A DNA stretch of 64,000 nt from Patescibacteria group bacterium. GTDB taxonomy: Bacteria; Patescibacteriota; Microgenomatia; UBA8517. Position numbers and translations under genes: made by a program. The stretch spans positions 212,549 to 276,548 of the forward strand of contig DATDRP010000003.1 of NCBI GenBank assembly GCA_035291665.1, written 5' to 3'. The notes under the pieces were generated by a model. That model saw only the letters and a list, made by a program, of their open reading frames with translations, ran no database searches and was not told the origin of the DNA. Position 1 is the first letter of the stretch; every line of letters starts with the position of its first letter. Of this stretch, positions 9,760-19,703 are shown in pieces.

Positions 9760-10116
9760 TTATAACTGAGATGTTAGATTATAAATCGGAAATATGACGC
9801 TTATGACCATTAATCCAACTATTGTTCCGCTTAATAAGAAAGTCACAATGGCGGTGATTAAACTATAATTAAAATAAGCATCTTTATTTTGAGTGTTAGA
9901 AAAACCCTTAATACCAAAAAAGATGTTTACTGCCGAAATGGCAAGTAGAACAACTACACTTAAATAACTAGTACTTATATTTCCTGAAGTATTTGCACCA
10001 AATTCAGAGTATAACGGAGTTAATTTTGGAATAACAAAAAAAAAAGATAAAGCAAGTAGAAGAATCGGAAATCCAAAGAAAAAGTTGAGAATTCCAACTA
10101 ACTTATATTTAGTCAT
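9760..10116 (-). CDS. small integral membrane protein
   Basis: Three predicted TM helices. Confidence 0.4.
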   Translation of the reverse strand: MTKYKLVGILNFFFGFPILLLALSFFFVIPKLTPLYSEFGANTSGNISTSYLSVVVLLAISAVNIFFGIKGFSNTQNKDAYFNYSLITAIVTFLLSGTIVGLMVISVIFPIYNLTSQL

Positions 10117-10281
10117 AAAATATTAAATCAATAATAAAGCCTTGAATCTGCTTTTGGGTAAATTTAGTTCCAACTGACCCCCCGTTGACTTATTCAGTAA
10201 CCGAGAATTTGAGTTTGGATTTACTCCTTTTTCTATTGAACATTGCTGTTTCTGCATGGTTTTCTTTGGCGACAGACAAAA

Positions 10282-10593
10282 CTATTTCGATTTAGATTTT
10301 CTGCCGAGTATATGTTGCACCGAAGGGCTTATTGGTTTACCTTTACGATGAATACACCCGATCCAACAACAAGGACGTCGCATTCCTTCTTTAAGTTCCG
10401 AAACCACTCTACTTACATGGTCTTTTCTGGTTTCTTGTTTCTTGACAAAAATCGTCCAACAAATCCACTCATTTCTCGCAAGCGGTGTTAGATCCTCCCA
10501 CTCAGTAAGCGCTTTTGGGTCAGAAATTAAAGCTTCCCGTAAATCTGCTGGAACTTCATGCACTACACCAGTTGCGATTTTATTTTTAGTCAT
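10282..10593 (-). CDS. YdeI/OmpD-associated (OmdA) family protein
   Basis: LTPLARNEWICWTIFVKKQETRKDHVSRVV matches the OmdA signature (..NEWI.W....K.ETR..R..). Confidence 0.55.
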   Translation of the reverse strand: MTKNKIATGVVHEVPADLREALISDPKALTEWEDLTPLARNEWICWTIFVKKQETRKDHVSRVVSELKEGMRRPCCWIGCIHRKGKPISPSVQHILGRKSKSK

Positions 10594-10911
10594 ATTCTTA
10601 TTTTACCACTCCTTTTTCTTCTTTGGTTCCGCCTGCTAGAAAATACGAGAACCCGCCATGCTAGAATATAGGATGTATGAAGTTATCCAATAACAGCTAC
10701 ACAATTTTCTTAGGCACTAAGAATTTCACTGAGCGTTATTATAAAGACAAAAAAGGGTGGTTGAAGATTTCAGCACAAGGTAAAAAATTCCGGATGACTG
10801 CTGAGCAAGTGCTCAATCACCTGTTGCCAGCAGTTGCAGGTATTAAACCAAATCTAATACTAAAAGTAGAACATCGCGAAATGGTTAAAGAATAGAAATT
10901 TGGCAAATTGC

Positions 10912-11346
10912 TTAATCGCAGAAATTAGGCTTGAGAATTGTGTCAGGGAAACCGTATTGCTGACGTATTTTGGTGCAATCAACATTACCATTGCCATCCC
11001 AAACTACCTCCCAACCATTGCCTAAGATTGCCAACCACATACCGCCCTCACCCGGTCCACCTTGCCCAAACAAAACGCTACCCGAAGCAAATCCGGGTAT
11101 TTCCTTAACAACGGTTACTTTCACTTCAGATATTGGTTTTTGATATTTATTTGCCAAAAAGGCGGCAATCGCATGCTGGGTATCGGGATAAGGTGTGGGA
11201 GAAATAATTCCTTGGGCTACCGGGGTAGGTGTACCTGAAGGCAATGTAACCGGCATATTCGCAACCTTCTGTTTTGCAAAGAATAGATAATAGCCAAATC
11301 CTAAAACCGCAAGAACCACCAAAACAATCAAAGGTTTAAACTTCAT
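10912..11346 (-). CDS. secreted hypothetical protein
   Basis: N-terminal signal anchor (KPLIVLVVLAVLGFGYYLFF). Confidence 0.4.
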   Translation of the reverse strand: MKFKPLIVLVVLAVLGFGYYLFFAKQKVANMPVTLPSGTPTPVAQGIISPTPYPDTQHAIAAFLANKYQKPISEVKVTVVKEIPGFASGSVLFGQGGPGEGGMWLAILGNGWEVVWDGNGNVDCTKIRQQYGFPDTILKPNFCD

Positions 11347-11508
11347 TTGTATAGTGTATCAAATTTTTGGATACATTTAGTGCCAATAGGTTATAACACT
11401 GAGCTTATCGAAGTGCTCCCCCTGGTTGGCGTATTTAAGAATGACATCCTCCCCCGAGTCTGACTCGGTGGTATTCTTGAAATCTGTTATAAATGATAAA
11501 CTGAATCC

Positions 11509-11784
11509 ATGACAATACTGGCAGGCTTGGCGGCAATAACGGGTGTTTTTTTGGGTTTGGGTAGTCTTCCTCAAGCAGTTAAAATATTCCGAACAAAAAG
11601 TGCTGTAGATATTGCTCCTTTATCATATGTCATCATGGTGCTTGGGTCATTCATTTGGATTCTCTATGGATTGGAATTAAAAAGTCTACCAATCATGATC
11701 CCTAATATATTGGGCGTAATTCTTGGAACAATAATATTAATGGGTTGGTTCCTCTACGGAAAGCTACGCAAAAAAACACCTTGA
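11509..11784 (+). CDS. SemiSWEET / PQ-loop family transporter
   Basis: 91 aa, three TM helices, PQ motif (SLPQAVKIFRTKS). Confidence 0.65.
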   Translation: MTILAGLAAITGVFLGLGSLPQAVKIFRTKSAVDIAPLSYVIMVLGSFIWILYGLELKSLPIMIPNILGVILGTIILMGWFLYGKLRKKTP

Positions 11785-11793
11785 CTAAACATT

Positions 11794-12222
11794 TCAATTA
11801 TTAGGAGAATACTCAATGATCCATTCAATACCGTATTTATCTCGAAACATACCCGCATATGAGCCCCATGGACTGTCCCCGATAGATCCTTCTACTTCTC
11901 CTCCGGCTGAAAGACCATGAAATAATCTGTCCGCCTCTTCTTTACTTTCCGTGCTTACCAAAATCTTGTTTCTGTTTTCTTTCTCATTTACTCGTCCCAA
12001 AACTTCCGGGACATCATTGGCAATGAGCATTGTAGTGGTACCGATAGGTAACGCAATATACATTATTTTATCTTCCTCTTTTTCTGCTACTTGGAATTCA
12101 GCGCTGGCAATGTCTTTGAAACGTACCACTTTCGAGAATTCTCCACCGAATACCGATTTATAAAAAGTAAATGCCTCGAGAGCATTACCGTTGAAGTTAA
12201 TCCAAGGATTTAGTGTAGCCAT
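11794..12222 (-). CDS. VOC (glyoxalase/PhnB-like) family protein
   Basis: MATLNPWINFNGNALEAFTFYKSVFGG...MFRDKYGIEW is typical of PhnB/3-demethylubiquinone-9 methyltransferase-like VOC proteins. Start taken at the internal Met. Confidence 0.6.
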   Translation of the reverse strand: MATLNPWINFNGNALEAFTFYKSVFGGEFSKVVRFKDIASAEFQVAEKEEDKIMYIALPIGTTTMLIANDVPEVLGRVNEKENRNKILVSTESKEEADRLFHGLSAGGEVEGSIGDSPWGSYAGMFRDKYGIEWIIEYSPNN

Positions 12223-12470
12223 CAGTAATGATACCAAATCAAATCAATATGATAAAACGGTCTTTTTTGGCTCGAGGATCGTAACGTTAATATAACCAAT
12301 AGAATAGCACAAATTTTCAATGTTGTTGAAGATTATACCTTTGTAGCCTACTTGAGGGAAGAAATGGCGAAAGTAAACGTTTTTCACCTTCTTAAAATTC
12401 CAGACACTTTTATTGCTCTTTGTACTTTTTGGTAAGCTTGGAAAGCATTAATATTACAAATATTCGACCT

Positions 12471-13208
12471 TTATATTCTAGTTAATAACCCATAAATTAG
12501 GTCAAGGCCATATATCACAGAAGATATTTTAAGAGATTTAGTGATAAGTAAATACTTATCATCTCCAACTAACTTTATCCTCCTTATTATATTAATTACT
12601 ACGATAACTAAAGCTATCACAGCTGAAGAAATCATCAAAACTAACATAGGTGATATGACATACCAAGCAAATCCTACACTCAAATCAGAAGTTGAAGTTA
12701 AAAATTGCTTTACAAAAGAAATCGAATAACCAACAACAAACCATTTTGCGAGTTCTTTTTGAGTTTTACCCCAACTTTGATATTTGGACATTACTTCACC
12801 TTTAGGTGATAAAACTTCATAATCAAACTCTTCTTCTGTTTTTTCTAACTTTTCCGCAGCTTTTTGTGAGAAATAAACCGTTATTCCGCCAATGGGGAAA
12901 GTTATTAACCCCACTATCATTTGCCAAAAGTACATAATGAAACTTAAAAATATCAAACCGATTACCGCCACAACTATCAACCACCATCCTATCCCCAAGT
13001 TAGCTGACACCAACTGCCAGATGTAGTAGAGGGGATAAAGTATGAAATAAATTTGTATAACCCAGGTCAGTAACGTATTAATTGCATAAGGAATAGCAAA
13101 GAAGGCTTTTTTAAAAAGGACAGAAAGTGCGTAGAAAAACAAATTAAATACAAACCAGAATATTAGTAATAAAAAATATCCGATTAAGAAGTTGATAATC
13201 CCTATCAT
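12471..13208 (-). CDS. integral membrane protein
   Basis: Multiple TM helices. No family recognised. Confidence 0.4.
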   Translation of the reverse strand: MIGIINFLIGYFLLLIFWFVFNLFFYALSVLFKKAFFAIPYAINTLLTWVIQIYFILYPLYYIWQLVSANLGIGWWLIVVAVIGLIFLSFIMYFWQMIVGLITFPIGGITVYFSQKAAEKLEKTEEEFDYEVLSPKGEVMSKYQSWGKTQKELAKWFVVGYSISFVKQFLTSTSDLSVGFAWYVISPMLVLMISSAVIALVIVVINIIRRIKLVGDDKYLLITKSLKISSVIYGLDLIYGLLTRI

Positions 13209-13507
13209 AGTTTCTTTTTAATTGAATCTGATGCCACAAAAAATAGTACGGCTGAAATTAAATCGATTCCTACCCAAGTCGATTTATCTAAATACACCGG
13301 TAATATTGGATTAAAGAGAAAAGCTATTGCGCCAAAAACAAGCATCCAGCCGTTTAAACCAGATTTATTGAAACCGTATGCAATTGCAATTGAAGTAGTA
13401 AAAATTACCCAACGTAGAAAAATATAATAACCATAAGGCCAAAGGCCAGAGGGAATCGCAAGAATTAGCAAAATGCCAGAAATATATGATATCAATTTTA
13501 TATTCAT
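13205..13507 (-). CDS. small integral membrane protein
   Basis: Three TM helices. Start/stop overlap with the downstream gene (ATGA). Confidence 0.4.
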   Translation of the reverse strand: MNIKLISYISGILLILAIPSGLWPYGYYIFLRWVIFTTSIAIAYGFNKSGLNGWMLVFGAIAFLFNPILPVYLDKSTWVGIDLISAVLFFVASDSIKKKL

Positions 13508-13514
13508 ATTTTTA

Positions 13515-14495
13515 CTATTTGTTGTGATTTTTATTTATTAACTTTTCAATATCTTCTGGACTAGTTGGACCAGTTGATCCAAAACCGCTAGAATAGTACG
13601 GGAGCGTTGTTGTCGTAGTCGCTGTTCCTCCGTAATTAACGGGATAAGATGAACTACTACTTGTAGTTGTTGTATAAGTTGTAGTGGTTGGCCCCATATA
13701 GTTGATAGTGTCACTTGGACTGACAGAAGCCGTAGATATAATAGTCCCAAAAGTCATATCTGCCTGTCTAACAAATCTGTTCACTTTCTCTGTAACGTCT
13801 TTTTCTTTTTCAATCTGCTTTCTTTCAATTTTTTCTTTAGTCAAAGCTCCAATAAATTCTCCCAAGCTGGTATACAGCATAATCTTTTTCTTTGATTTAC
13901 TTTTCCATTCATTTATGAGAACCGGATGAAGCTCTTTTTTAGATTTTACTAATGATTTCCAATCGGGGTCATCCGTAATGATTGCCATATCGTCATCCAC
14001 ACAAAGGTTTATTAATGTTTCCCATTCTATTTCGTCACCTATCGGTCCTTTGCCATATGGTGGGCTACCCTTCCAACGTCTTTTTATTGCTTTTTCTATT
14101 ATTTCGTCGTTCTCATAAATATTCGAGGCGTTTTTGACAACAACATATATTTCGCTTTTCCATTTTTTTACAGAATTAAGATAGTCCTTCTTTAATTTCA
14201 AGATAACCTGTCGCCACTTATCATGAAGCCTGTCTACTTCTTCCGCAACTTTGTTATCCGCAATTGATACGGCTAGTTTTGGTTTTTTCAATGGATAAAT
14301 CTGACTTAAAGTTCCAATATAACCCAACCACACCTTGTCAATATTTCTTAATAATTCTTCTTGAGTAACTTTGGGGAATACTAGTGAAAACTTATCTTGG
14401 CTCATTAGCTCGGATAGTCTACCAAGGGAACCAAATTTCTCTTCGGAACACTCAATAAAACTTAAATATATATTGGTATCAATAAACAATCTCAT
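13515..14495 (-). CDS. PIN-like domain protein with Thr/Ser-rich low-complexity C-terminal tail
   Basis: N-terminal LFIDTNIY and internal AIITDDPDW acidic motifs typical of PIN-like (DUF4935-type) domains. C-terminal TTTTYTTTTSSSSSYP...TATTTTT tract. Confidence 0.45.
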   Translation of the reverse strand: MRLFIDTNIYLSFIECSEEKFGSLGRLSELMSQDKFSLVFPKVTQEELLRNIDKVWLGYIGTLSQIYPLKKPKLAVSIADNKVAEEVDRLHDKWRQVILKLKKDYLNSVKKWKSEIYVVVKNASNIYENDEIIEKAIKRRWKGSPPYGKGPIGDEIEWETLINLCVDDDMAIITDDPDWKSLVKSKKELHPVLINEWKSKSKKKIMLYTSLGEFIGALTKEKIERKQIEKEKDVTEKVNRFVRQADMTFGTIISTASVSPSDTINYMGPTTTTYTTTTSSSSSYPVNYGGTATTTTTLPYYSSGFGSTGPTSPEDIEKLINKNHNK

Positions 14496-14501
14496 AATAA
14501 T

Positions 14502-14870
14502 TTATTTTCTTTCTAGAACTCTGCTAAGAATCGCCTCTACTCCTTTAGTAATATTCAGAGACATAACACAAAGATGACCAAATACTCCCAAGATAAAGAT
14601 AATAAACAAAATAAAGTCGCTAAAAACTAAAGCCTCCCCTTTTAAAAGTAGTGGCAATCGAATTAATGCAAAATAATATACAATTAATCCTGCAATGAAA
14701 AAGTTAAAGGAGTCATTCCATATTTCAGCAAACTTCAATTGCCAGGGAGCGTTCTTACGAGGTTTCTTTTCATCTTTTTCAAAATCATAATAAGAATAAA
14801 TGCTTTTATATTTAATACTACCTAGAACTAAGCTAATTAAAAATATACCTACAATGATTGAATTGTTCAT
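14502..14870 (-). CDS. small integral membrane protein
   Basis: Three to four TM helices. Confidence 0.4.
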   Translation of the reverse strand: MNNSIIVGIFLISLVLGSIKYKSIYSYYDFEKDEKKPRKNAPWQLKFAEIWNDSFNFFIAGLIVYYFALIRLPLLLKGEALVFSDFILFIIFILGVFGHLCVMSLNITKGVEAILSRVLERK

Positions 14871-14911
14871 AATATTTTAACATCGAACTTGGTCAGATTA
14901 AGATAATTCAG

Positions 14912-15063
14912 CTCCTCCGGTAGGATTCCCTTCGATTACACTCAGGGTAAACTTCTCATCCTACCGAACGCTTCTACTCGCCATGCTTGCACTGAGTGAA
15001 GCGTAGTGAGCCGAAGGGCTCCCCCGGTAAGTCTACTTTTGATTACAAAAGATCTTGGCCGGT
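14912..15063. repeat. degenerate tRNA-Asn 3'-end-like direct repeats (two adjacent copies) with shared flank GCTTGCACTGAG...GCCGAAG
   Basis: ctcctccggtaggattcccttcga (14912-) and gctcccccggtaagtctacttttgattacaaaagatcttggccggt (15018-15063) resemble the genuine tRNA-Asn 3' end ctcctcggctaggatttgaacc at 18859. Confidence 0.6.
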
Positions 15064-15209
15064 TTCGCAAATTAAACTTCGTTAAATTTGCTCCCGCTAA
15101 TAAATACATTCAGGACACTTGACTATTCACAATTCCAAGACTACAAACCTCGATTTCTTCAGTCCTATCTATAATAACTTAATAAATACTAATTAGGTTA
15201 TTCAAACAG

Positions 15210-15470
15210 TTACCCTATTTTTTTAACCAAATTTACCTTATGATTAGCCCAATCAAATTCATAAGTCTTAAGTTGTTCGTCTCCTAACACCTCGGGTAAT
15301 CCCATATCAGTATCTCCATCTTTTTGGTGAATATGTGTCTCTCGTGTGACTCTACCGTCAGTCCATTTTGAGAAAACATCACTTCTTAATTTCCCGTCCA
15401 CAGCAGAAACATAAGTGTCAATGGCTTGTTCGGATATTGTGGCTTTAGGAGCTTCATTTTGCTCAGCCAT
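15210..15470 (-). CDS. hypothetical small protein
   Basis: 86-aa ORF. No family. Confidence 0.3.
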   Translation of the reverse strand: MAEQNEAPKATISEQAIDTYVSAVDGKLRSDVFSKWTDGRVTRETHIHQKDGDTDMGLPEVLGDEQLKTYEFDWANHKVNLVKKIG

Positions 15471-15650
15471 TTTTAATCACCTCCTTCAAAATTCTCATAA
15501 CTTTTCTTGCCGTATTATACCCTGTGGTCTACAAAATAGTAAAATACGAACAAAAAGTAATGAAAAAAGTAAAGAAAAATTTGTTGCAACCACCATTCAG
15601 GCAAAAAGATTTAATATCCGTCAGCTCCTTTATCGGTTTTTGTCATAAAT

Positions 15651-15980
15651 ATGATATTAAGACGGCAAATGAGGATTACACAGGATAAATATGACACGCT
15701 ACTAGATAAATATAAGAAAATTAAGGCAGATTTGTTGGTACAAATGGAACAACACAGCAGTGCTGACAAAAACTACTTTGTTAAGGCCAGTAAGTTATTG
15801 GAATTGGCTCGTAAAGCATACGAATTATTTGAAAAAGTGGATGCTTACCAAAAAAGAGAGCTTCTGTTTTACTTATTTCAGAACTCTCAAATGGACGGGG
15901 AAAAGCTCGTTCCTAGCCTCAAAATGCAATTTGATGTCATACTAGAAGCCAATAAAACAAAAGATTGGCTCCCCCGGTAG
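15651..15980 (+). CDS. hypothetical protein
   Basis: 109-aa ORF, helical and charged. No family. Confidence 0.3.
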   Translation: MILRRQMRITQDKYDTLLDKYKKIKADLLVQMEQHSSADKNYFVKASKLLELARKAYELFEKVDAYQKRELLFYLFQNSQMDGEKLVPSLKMQFDVILEANKTKDWLPR

Positions 15981-16013
15981 GTCTACTTTTGATTACAAAA
16001 GATCTTGGCCGGT
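15968..16013. repeat. 46-bp repeat copy (gctcccccggtaggtctacttttgattacaaaagatcttggccggt)
   Basis: Near-identical to 15018-15063 and 18353-18398. Contains perfect hairpin CTTTTG-atta-CAAAAG. Confidence 0.7.
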
Positions 16014-16595
16014 GGAATTTATTTCCTTTTGCCTGCCTTGAGCTTGTTTACACTGAGTTTACCGAATTGCCGAAGAGCTCTCTTATTGGGAGGAATTTAG
16101 AACTATAGCACTTCATATTTAGTTATAGATTTGAGTAAGTTTTGTACATCCACACGAGAATTATCACATTCAAGATTAATATAGCGGAATTAAATATTAG
16201 TATTACTTTGGGGGAAAACTTGGATTTTATTACAAGATAGGAATAACCGGAATAAGTTAGCAAATGAAATAAGATATTGGAAATAGTTCCCCAAGAATTA
16301 ATACTATATTCAAGTTCTCCCGATAAACAGATATTAAATGGAAAGGGAACAAATAAGTCATATTTTGGAGCACACATACAGCTTACGCACATAAAACGAA
16401 CTTCAAAAAATGAACTTATTAAGCTAAAAACTGTATAAACAACAATCTCCATTACTAGAGGTATAAAAAGAATACGTATTTGTAAGGGTGAAAGCTTCGT
16501 AATTATTTTCAATAATTCAGTATTTATTATCAGGTCAGAGAAGTCAATAAAATGGTCCAAGTTGAAATTCGCTTATTGGGAAGAATTTAGAATAT

Positions 16596-17138
16596 TTACC
16601 TCCATCTAATTTTCAGACTTTTAAAACTTTTACGGTCTTTGTGATTCCATTGACCTACCATAATATGTACATGTGGATCTGGTTTTCCCTGATTATTATT
16701 TTCAATCCATCCATTTAAACCAACTACAGCTATGGGTTGTCCTACTTCAACAAGATCTCCAACTTTTAATACAAGCTTTTCTCCTTTTTCATTTATATAT
16801 GGATCCAGATGACCCATCTCAACAAATTCGGGTCTTTCACCTTCTCCAACCCGAATATTCACATAATTCAATTTATCTTTAAAATCATCTGTTGGTCCGC
16901 ACTCGATGTTGTTCATTACAACATAGTCTACAATTCCTGAAATCGGAGCATAAACAACAGTTTTTTCAGTATCAGGGTGTGGTACAGATATATCTAAAGC
17001 ATGCTTGAAACTACCAGTGTGAGCAGAAGATGAGAGAAAAATATATTTTTGCAGTTTAACCGGTAGGTCATACTTATATTTACTGTAACCAAGGAGAGGC
17101 ATGACTTCTTTGACATTTAAGGTTTCATTTTCTGCCAT
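16596..17138 (-). CDS. M23/LytM-family peptidase domain protein
   Basis: PISGIVDYV ... VGQPIAVVGLNGW ... DPHVHIMV resembles the M23 HxH zinc site. Confidence 0.55.
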   Translation of the reverse strand: MAENETLNVKEVMPLLGYSKYKYDLPVKLQKYIFLSSSAHTGSFKHALDISVPHPDTEKTVVYAPISGIVDYVVMNNIECGPTDDFKDKLNYVNIRVGEGERPEFVEMGHLDPYINEKGEKLVLKVGDLVEVGQPIAVVGLNGWIENNNQGKPDPHVHIMVGQWNHKDRKSFKSLKIRWR

Positions 17139-17247
17139 AACTGAAGTATATCAAAAGTTCAAATCCTACTTAGCGTTGATCATTTTGATGCAGTAATTTG
17201 AAACTAAAATCACTTGCTCTCTCTAATAGACGGAGTTCGAACCTATT

Positions 17248-18303
17248 TTATTTCATTGGTGAATATTTGAAATTCACATCACGTTGTTCGGCAGGGATTT
17301 GATAACCGTCGGTTTCGAAAGGATAAGCAAGAACTCCGCTGGGAAAGGTCGCATCAGGACTATAACTTTGCCAATAGAAGAACGAGCCAGGTTGAACAAG
17401 GTGAAGATGTGTGTCTCCATTTTGAATGTTCGGATTTACTGATATGTCCGGTACAGCAAAGTAGAAGTCAGCAAAGGAGTGTGTACCAACATTACCCGGC
17501 GCCGGTACCGTGCCAGCAAATCCAATTAGTTCCCCGCGTTTTACCTTATATCCAATTAGAGCACCATATGAAGTTGCGTTACCCGTGGGTGTAACTTCAT
17601 AGTTCCCATCCCAAAATATTTGGTATCCCTGAGCTGGCGGAGCCATGAGGTCGTTACTTACCTCTTGAGTGTGTCCGGTCAATAGAGGTGAGGTTAATAA
17701 ATGATATACAGTAAAATACACTCCCGGCCAATCAGGACTTGCAGACTTGAAGAATAATTTCACATCATCGGAATGTGCAGATGTTTTCCCCGACACAATC
17801 TGAGTACTGGTATCCCGAAAGCCAACTAACACCATATCGAACGGTGCTAGTACCGGCGAACCGTCTTTATAAGCTTCAAAGCCCATACCAGGCTTATGCT
17901 GGTAAGGTTTCCAACCTGGATGGCCGCCAACCTTTGGACCCAGTGTAATCATGTCAGGGTCAGCACCCGTACCATATAACTCCGTATGGGTATTAATGCC
18001 ATTCATACTGGGTGGTGGTGAAGTTATCGCAGATGCGCTTGTTTTAGGCACGCCTTGAATAGGTATTGTAGTTGGTGTAGGGGCGGAAGTGGGGGTCAGT
18101 GTAGAGGTCGGGGTTGTGGCAACATTTTTTGTTAACAGATACACGCCTGCTCCAACAGTGATCAAAAATATGAATATGATTATGATTAAAATCAATTTCC
18201 ATTTATTTTTCGGGGTAGAAATCTTGCTAATTAATTGCTGTAAGTTGGGTTGAATTATTGGAGTTTCATTTTTAATCGATTGACTTGGGATATTTGAATC
18301 CAT
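17248..18303 (-). CDS. secreted Pro/Thr-rich M23-like protein
   Basis: TM anchor, PT-rich linker, C-terminal ELIGFAGTVPAPGNVGTHSF...THLHLV. Confidence 0.5.
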   Translation of the reverse strand: MDSNIPSQSIKNETPIIQPNLQQLISKISTPKNKWKLILIIIIFIFLITVGAGVYLLTKNVATTPTSTLTPTSAPTPTTIPIQGVPKTSASAITSPPPSMNGINTHTELYGTGADPDMITLGPKVGGHPGWKPYQHKPGMGFEAYKDGSPVLAPFDMVLVGFRDTSTQIVSGKTSAHSDDVKLFFKSASPDWPGVYFTVYHLLTSPLLTGHTQEVSNDLMAPPAQGYQIFWDGNYEVTPTGNATSYGALIGYKVKRGELIGFAGTVPAPGNVGTHSFADFYFAVPDISVNPNIQNGDTHLHLVQPGSFFYWQSYSPDATFPSGVLAYPFETDGYQIPAEQRDVNFKYSPMK

Positions 18304-18352
18304 AAATAAATCATTCCAGAAAGCAATAGGGAAGTCAATTTGAGGCTAATTT

Positions 18353-18468
18353 GCTCCCCCGGTAAGTCTACTTTTGATTACAAAAGATCTTGGCCGGTGT
18401 CGCAAATTTCTCTGCGATAAATTTACTCCCCCGGTAGGATTCCCTTCAGCTTCGTTCAGGGTAAACTC
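18353..18468. repeat. 46-bp repeat copy plus second tRNA-Asn-3'-end-like copy
   Basis: gctcccccggtaagtctacttttgattacaaaagatcttggccggt (18353-18398), then ctcccccggtaggattcccttcagc (18426-). Confidence 0.65.
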
Positions 18469-18769
18469 ACAACAGGTTCTCACCAGCCAGAAGAGCTTCA
18501 ACAAACTCAGTATATGTATTATATCCCAACTTGCCTTCTACTAACATTTGCTTCTTTGCTCTTGACCAACCTTTAATTTGTTTTTCTCTAATAGCTGCCA
18601 AATGTTCACCGGGATATTTTTCAGCATAAATAAGTTTCAAATCAGAAAATTTTTTGGTAAAAAAAGAGACCTTTGATTTATGTTGTTTTATTCTGTTTAC
18701 AATATCAGGGGTTATACCAATATAAAAAGTTTTTTGGTCGCAAAGAAGCATATAAACATACCATGACAC
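18467..18769 (-). CDS. GIY-YIG nuclease family protein (UPF0213/YhbQ-like)
   Basis: WYVYMLLCDQKTFYIGITPDIVNRIKQH matches the GIY-x10-YIG motif. ~100 aa. Confidence 0.7.
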   Translation of the reverse strand: MSWYVYMLLCDQKTFYIGITPDIVNRIKQHKSKVSFFTKKFSDLKLIYAEKYPGEHLAAIREKQIKGWSRAKKQMLVEGKLGYNTYTEFVEALLAGENLL

Positions 18770-18859
18770 TTATTCTTTTCCATAAAATAACCTGCACTGA
18801 GCCCTTCAGTTTCATTCAGGACTGTGCAACTGGTGCTTGCACTGAGCTTGCCGAAGTGC

Positions 18860-18930
18860 TCCTCGGCTAGGATTTGAACCTAGAACCTTCTCGTTAACAG
18901 CGAGCCGCTCTACCGTTGAGCTACCGAGGA
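18860..18930 (-). tRNA. tRNA-Asn (anticodon GTT)
   Basis: Manual fold of the reverse complement: acceptor tcctcgg/ccgagga, D arm gctc-aacggta-gagc, anticodon loop cuGUUaa, T arm ctagg-ttcaaat-cctag. Confidence 0.75.
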
Positions 18931-19085
18931 ATGTTTGAAATCGCATGCTATTATATCAACTGCCTCTGTTCTTTTCCATATAATATCATCCAAATTATGC
19001 AGCATTAACATTCGTTGGGGTCGTTTTTGAAAATCCGACATATGAAAATAATTTACTAACTTATAATTATAGGATATAATAATGT

Positions 19086-19703
19086 ATGCCAGAAAGAATA
19101 AAAGTTAACGGTTATACATCAAAATACCAAAGATCGATTCGCCTGATTAACGGATCCGAAAATGAAGGGTGTTGGGACCTTATGAAGGGTGGTGCTTTTA
19201 ATTTGTATTACTCCCAACCCGACAAACAATGGCTCAAGGTTCCTCAGGGTGGTGATTATGAATATAGAATATGTCGATCCCTACCTCCTCAACACGACGC
19301 CCTTGAATTGGCTGGGCTGAATGCGGAAAAAGATATGACAAGAATAGTTCATGTTTACCCCGGAAATACAAAATCCCTGTTAATGCCGCATTTGGGAGAT
19401 ACGATAGAATCAACATTAAAAGATATTTCCAATCATCCCGATAAAGATAAGTGGATTGATATCGTAAGCGAAATATATTATTACGCGTGGTTACAAGCTC
19501 AAGCTTTGCTTATCAATGGTGGGTGGTGGTTTGACGACCCAAATCCCGGAAATATAATACGCCATAAAACAAAACAACCTGTATTAATTGATTTTTCAAA
19601 CAACAAAATTCGATCATCTGCAAATGCGTTTTCCCAAAACGAACTTGAGAAAAAATTCCTAAAACAAATGAAGAAAAACGGATTGCGCGGGTGGTGGGAT
19701 TAA
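19086..19703 (+). CDS. small atypical protein-kinase-like protein (Kdo/RIO/lipopolysaccharide-kinase-like catalytic loop)
   Basis: WFDDPNPGNIIRH...PVLIDF resembles the HxDxxxxN ... IDF motifs of Kdo/RIO-type kinases. Confidence 0.45.
   Translation: MPERIKVNGYTSKYQRSIRLINGSENEGCWDLMKGGAFNLYYSQPDKQWLKVPQGGDYEYRICRSLPPQHDALELAGLNAEKDMTRIVHVYPGNTKSLLMPHLGDTIESTLKDISNHPDKDKWIDIVSEIYYYAWLQAQALLINGGWWFDDPNPGNIIRHKTKQPVLIDFSNNKIRSSANAFSQNELEKKFLKQMKKNGLRGWWD

Noticed and set aside
15415-15945. Overlapping plus-strand ORFs 15415-15648 and 15760-15945
   Set aside because: Overlap better ORFs (15210-15470 minus, 15651-15980 plus). Low-complexity translations.
15018-18398. Possible CRISPR array from the three 46-bp near-identical repeats
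   Set aside because: Copies are 0.9 and 2.4 kb apart with genes between them. They lack regular short spacers and resemble the tRNA-Asn 3' end. Consistent with att-like remnants, not CRISPR.
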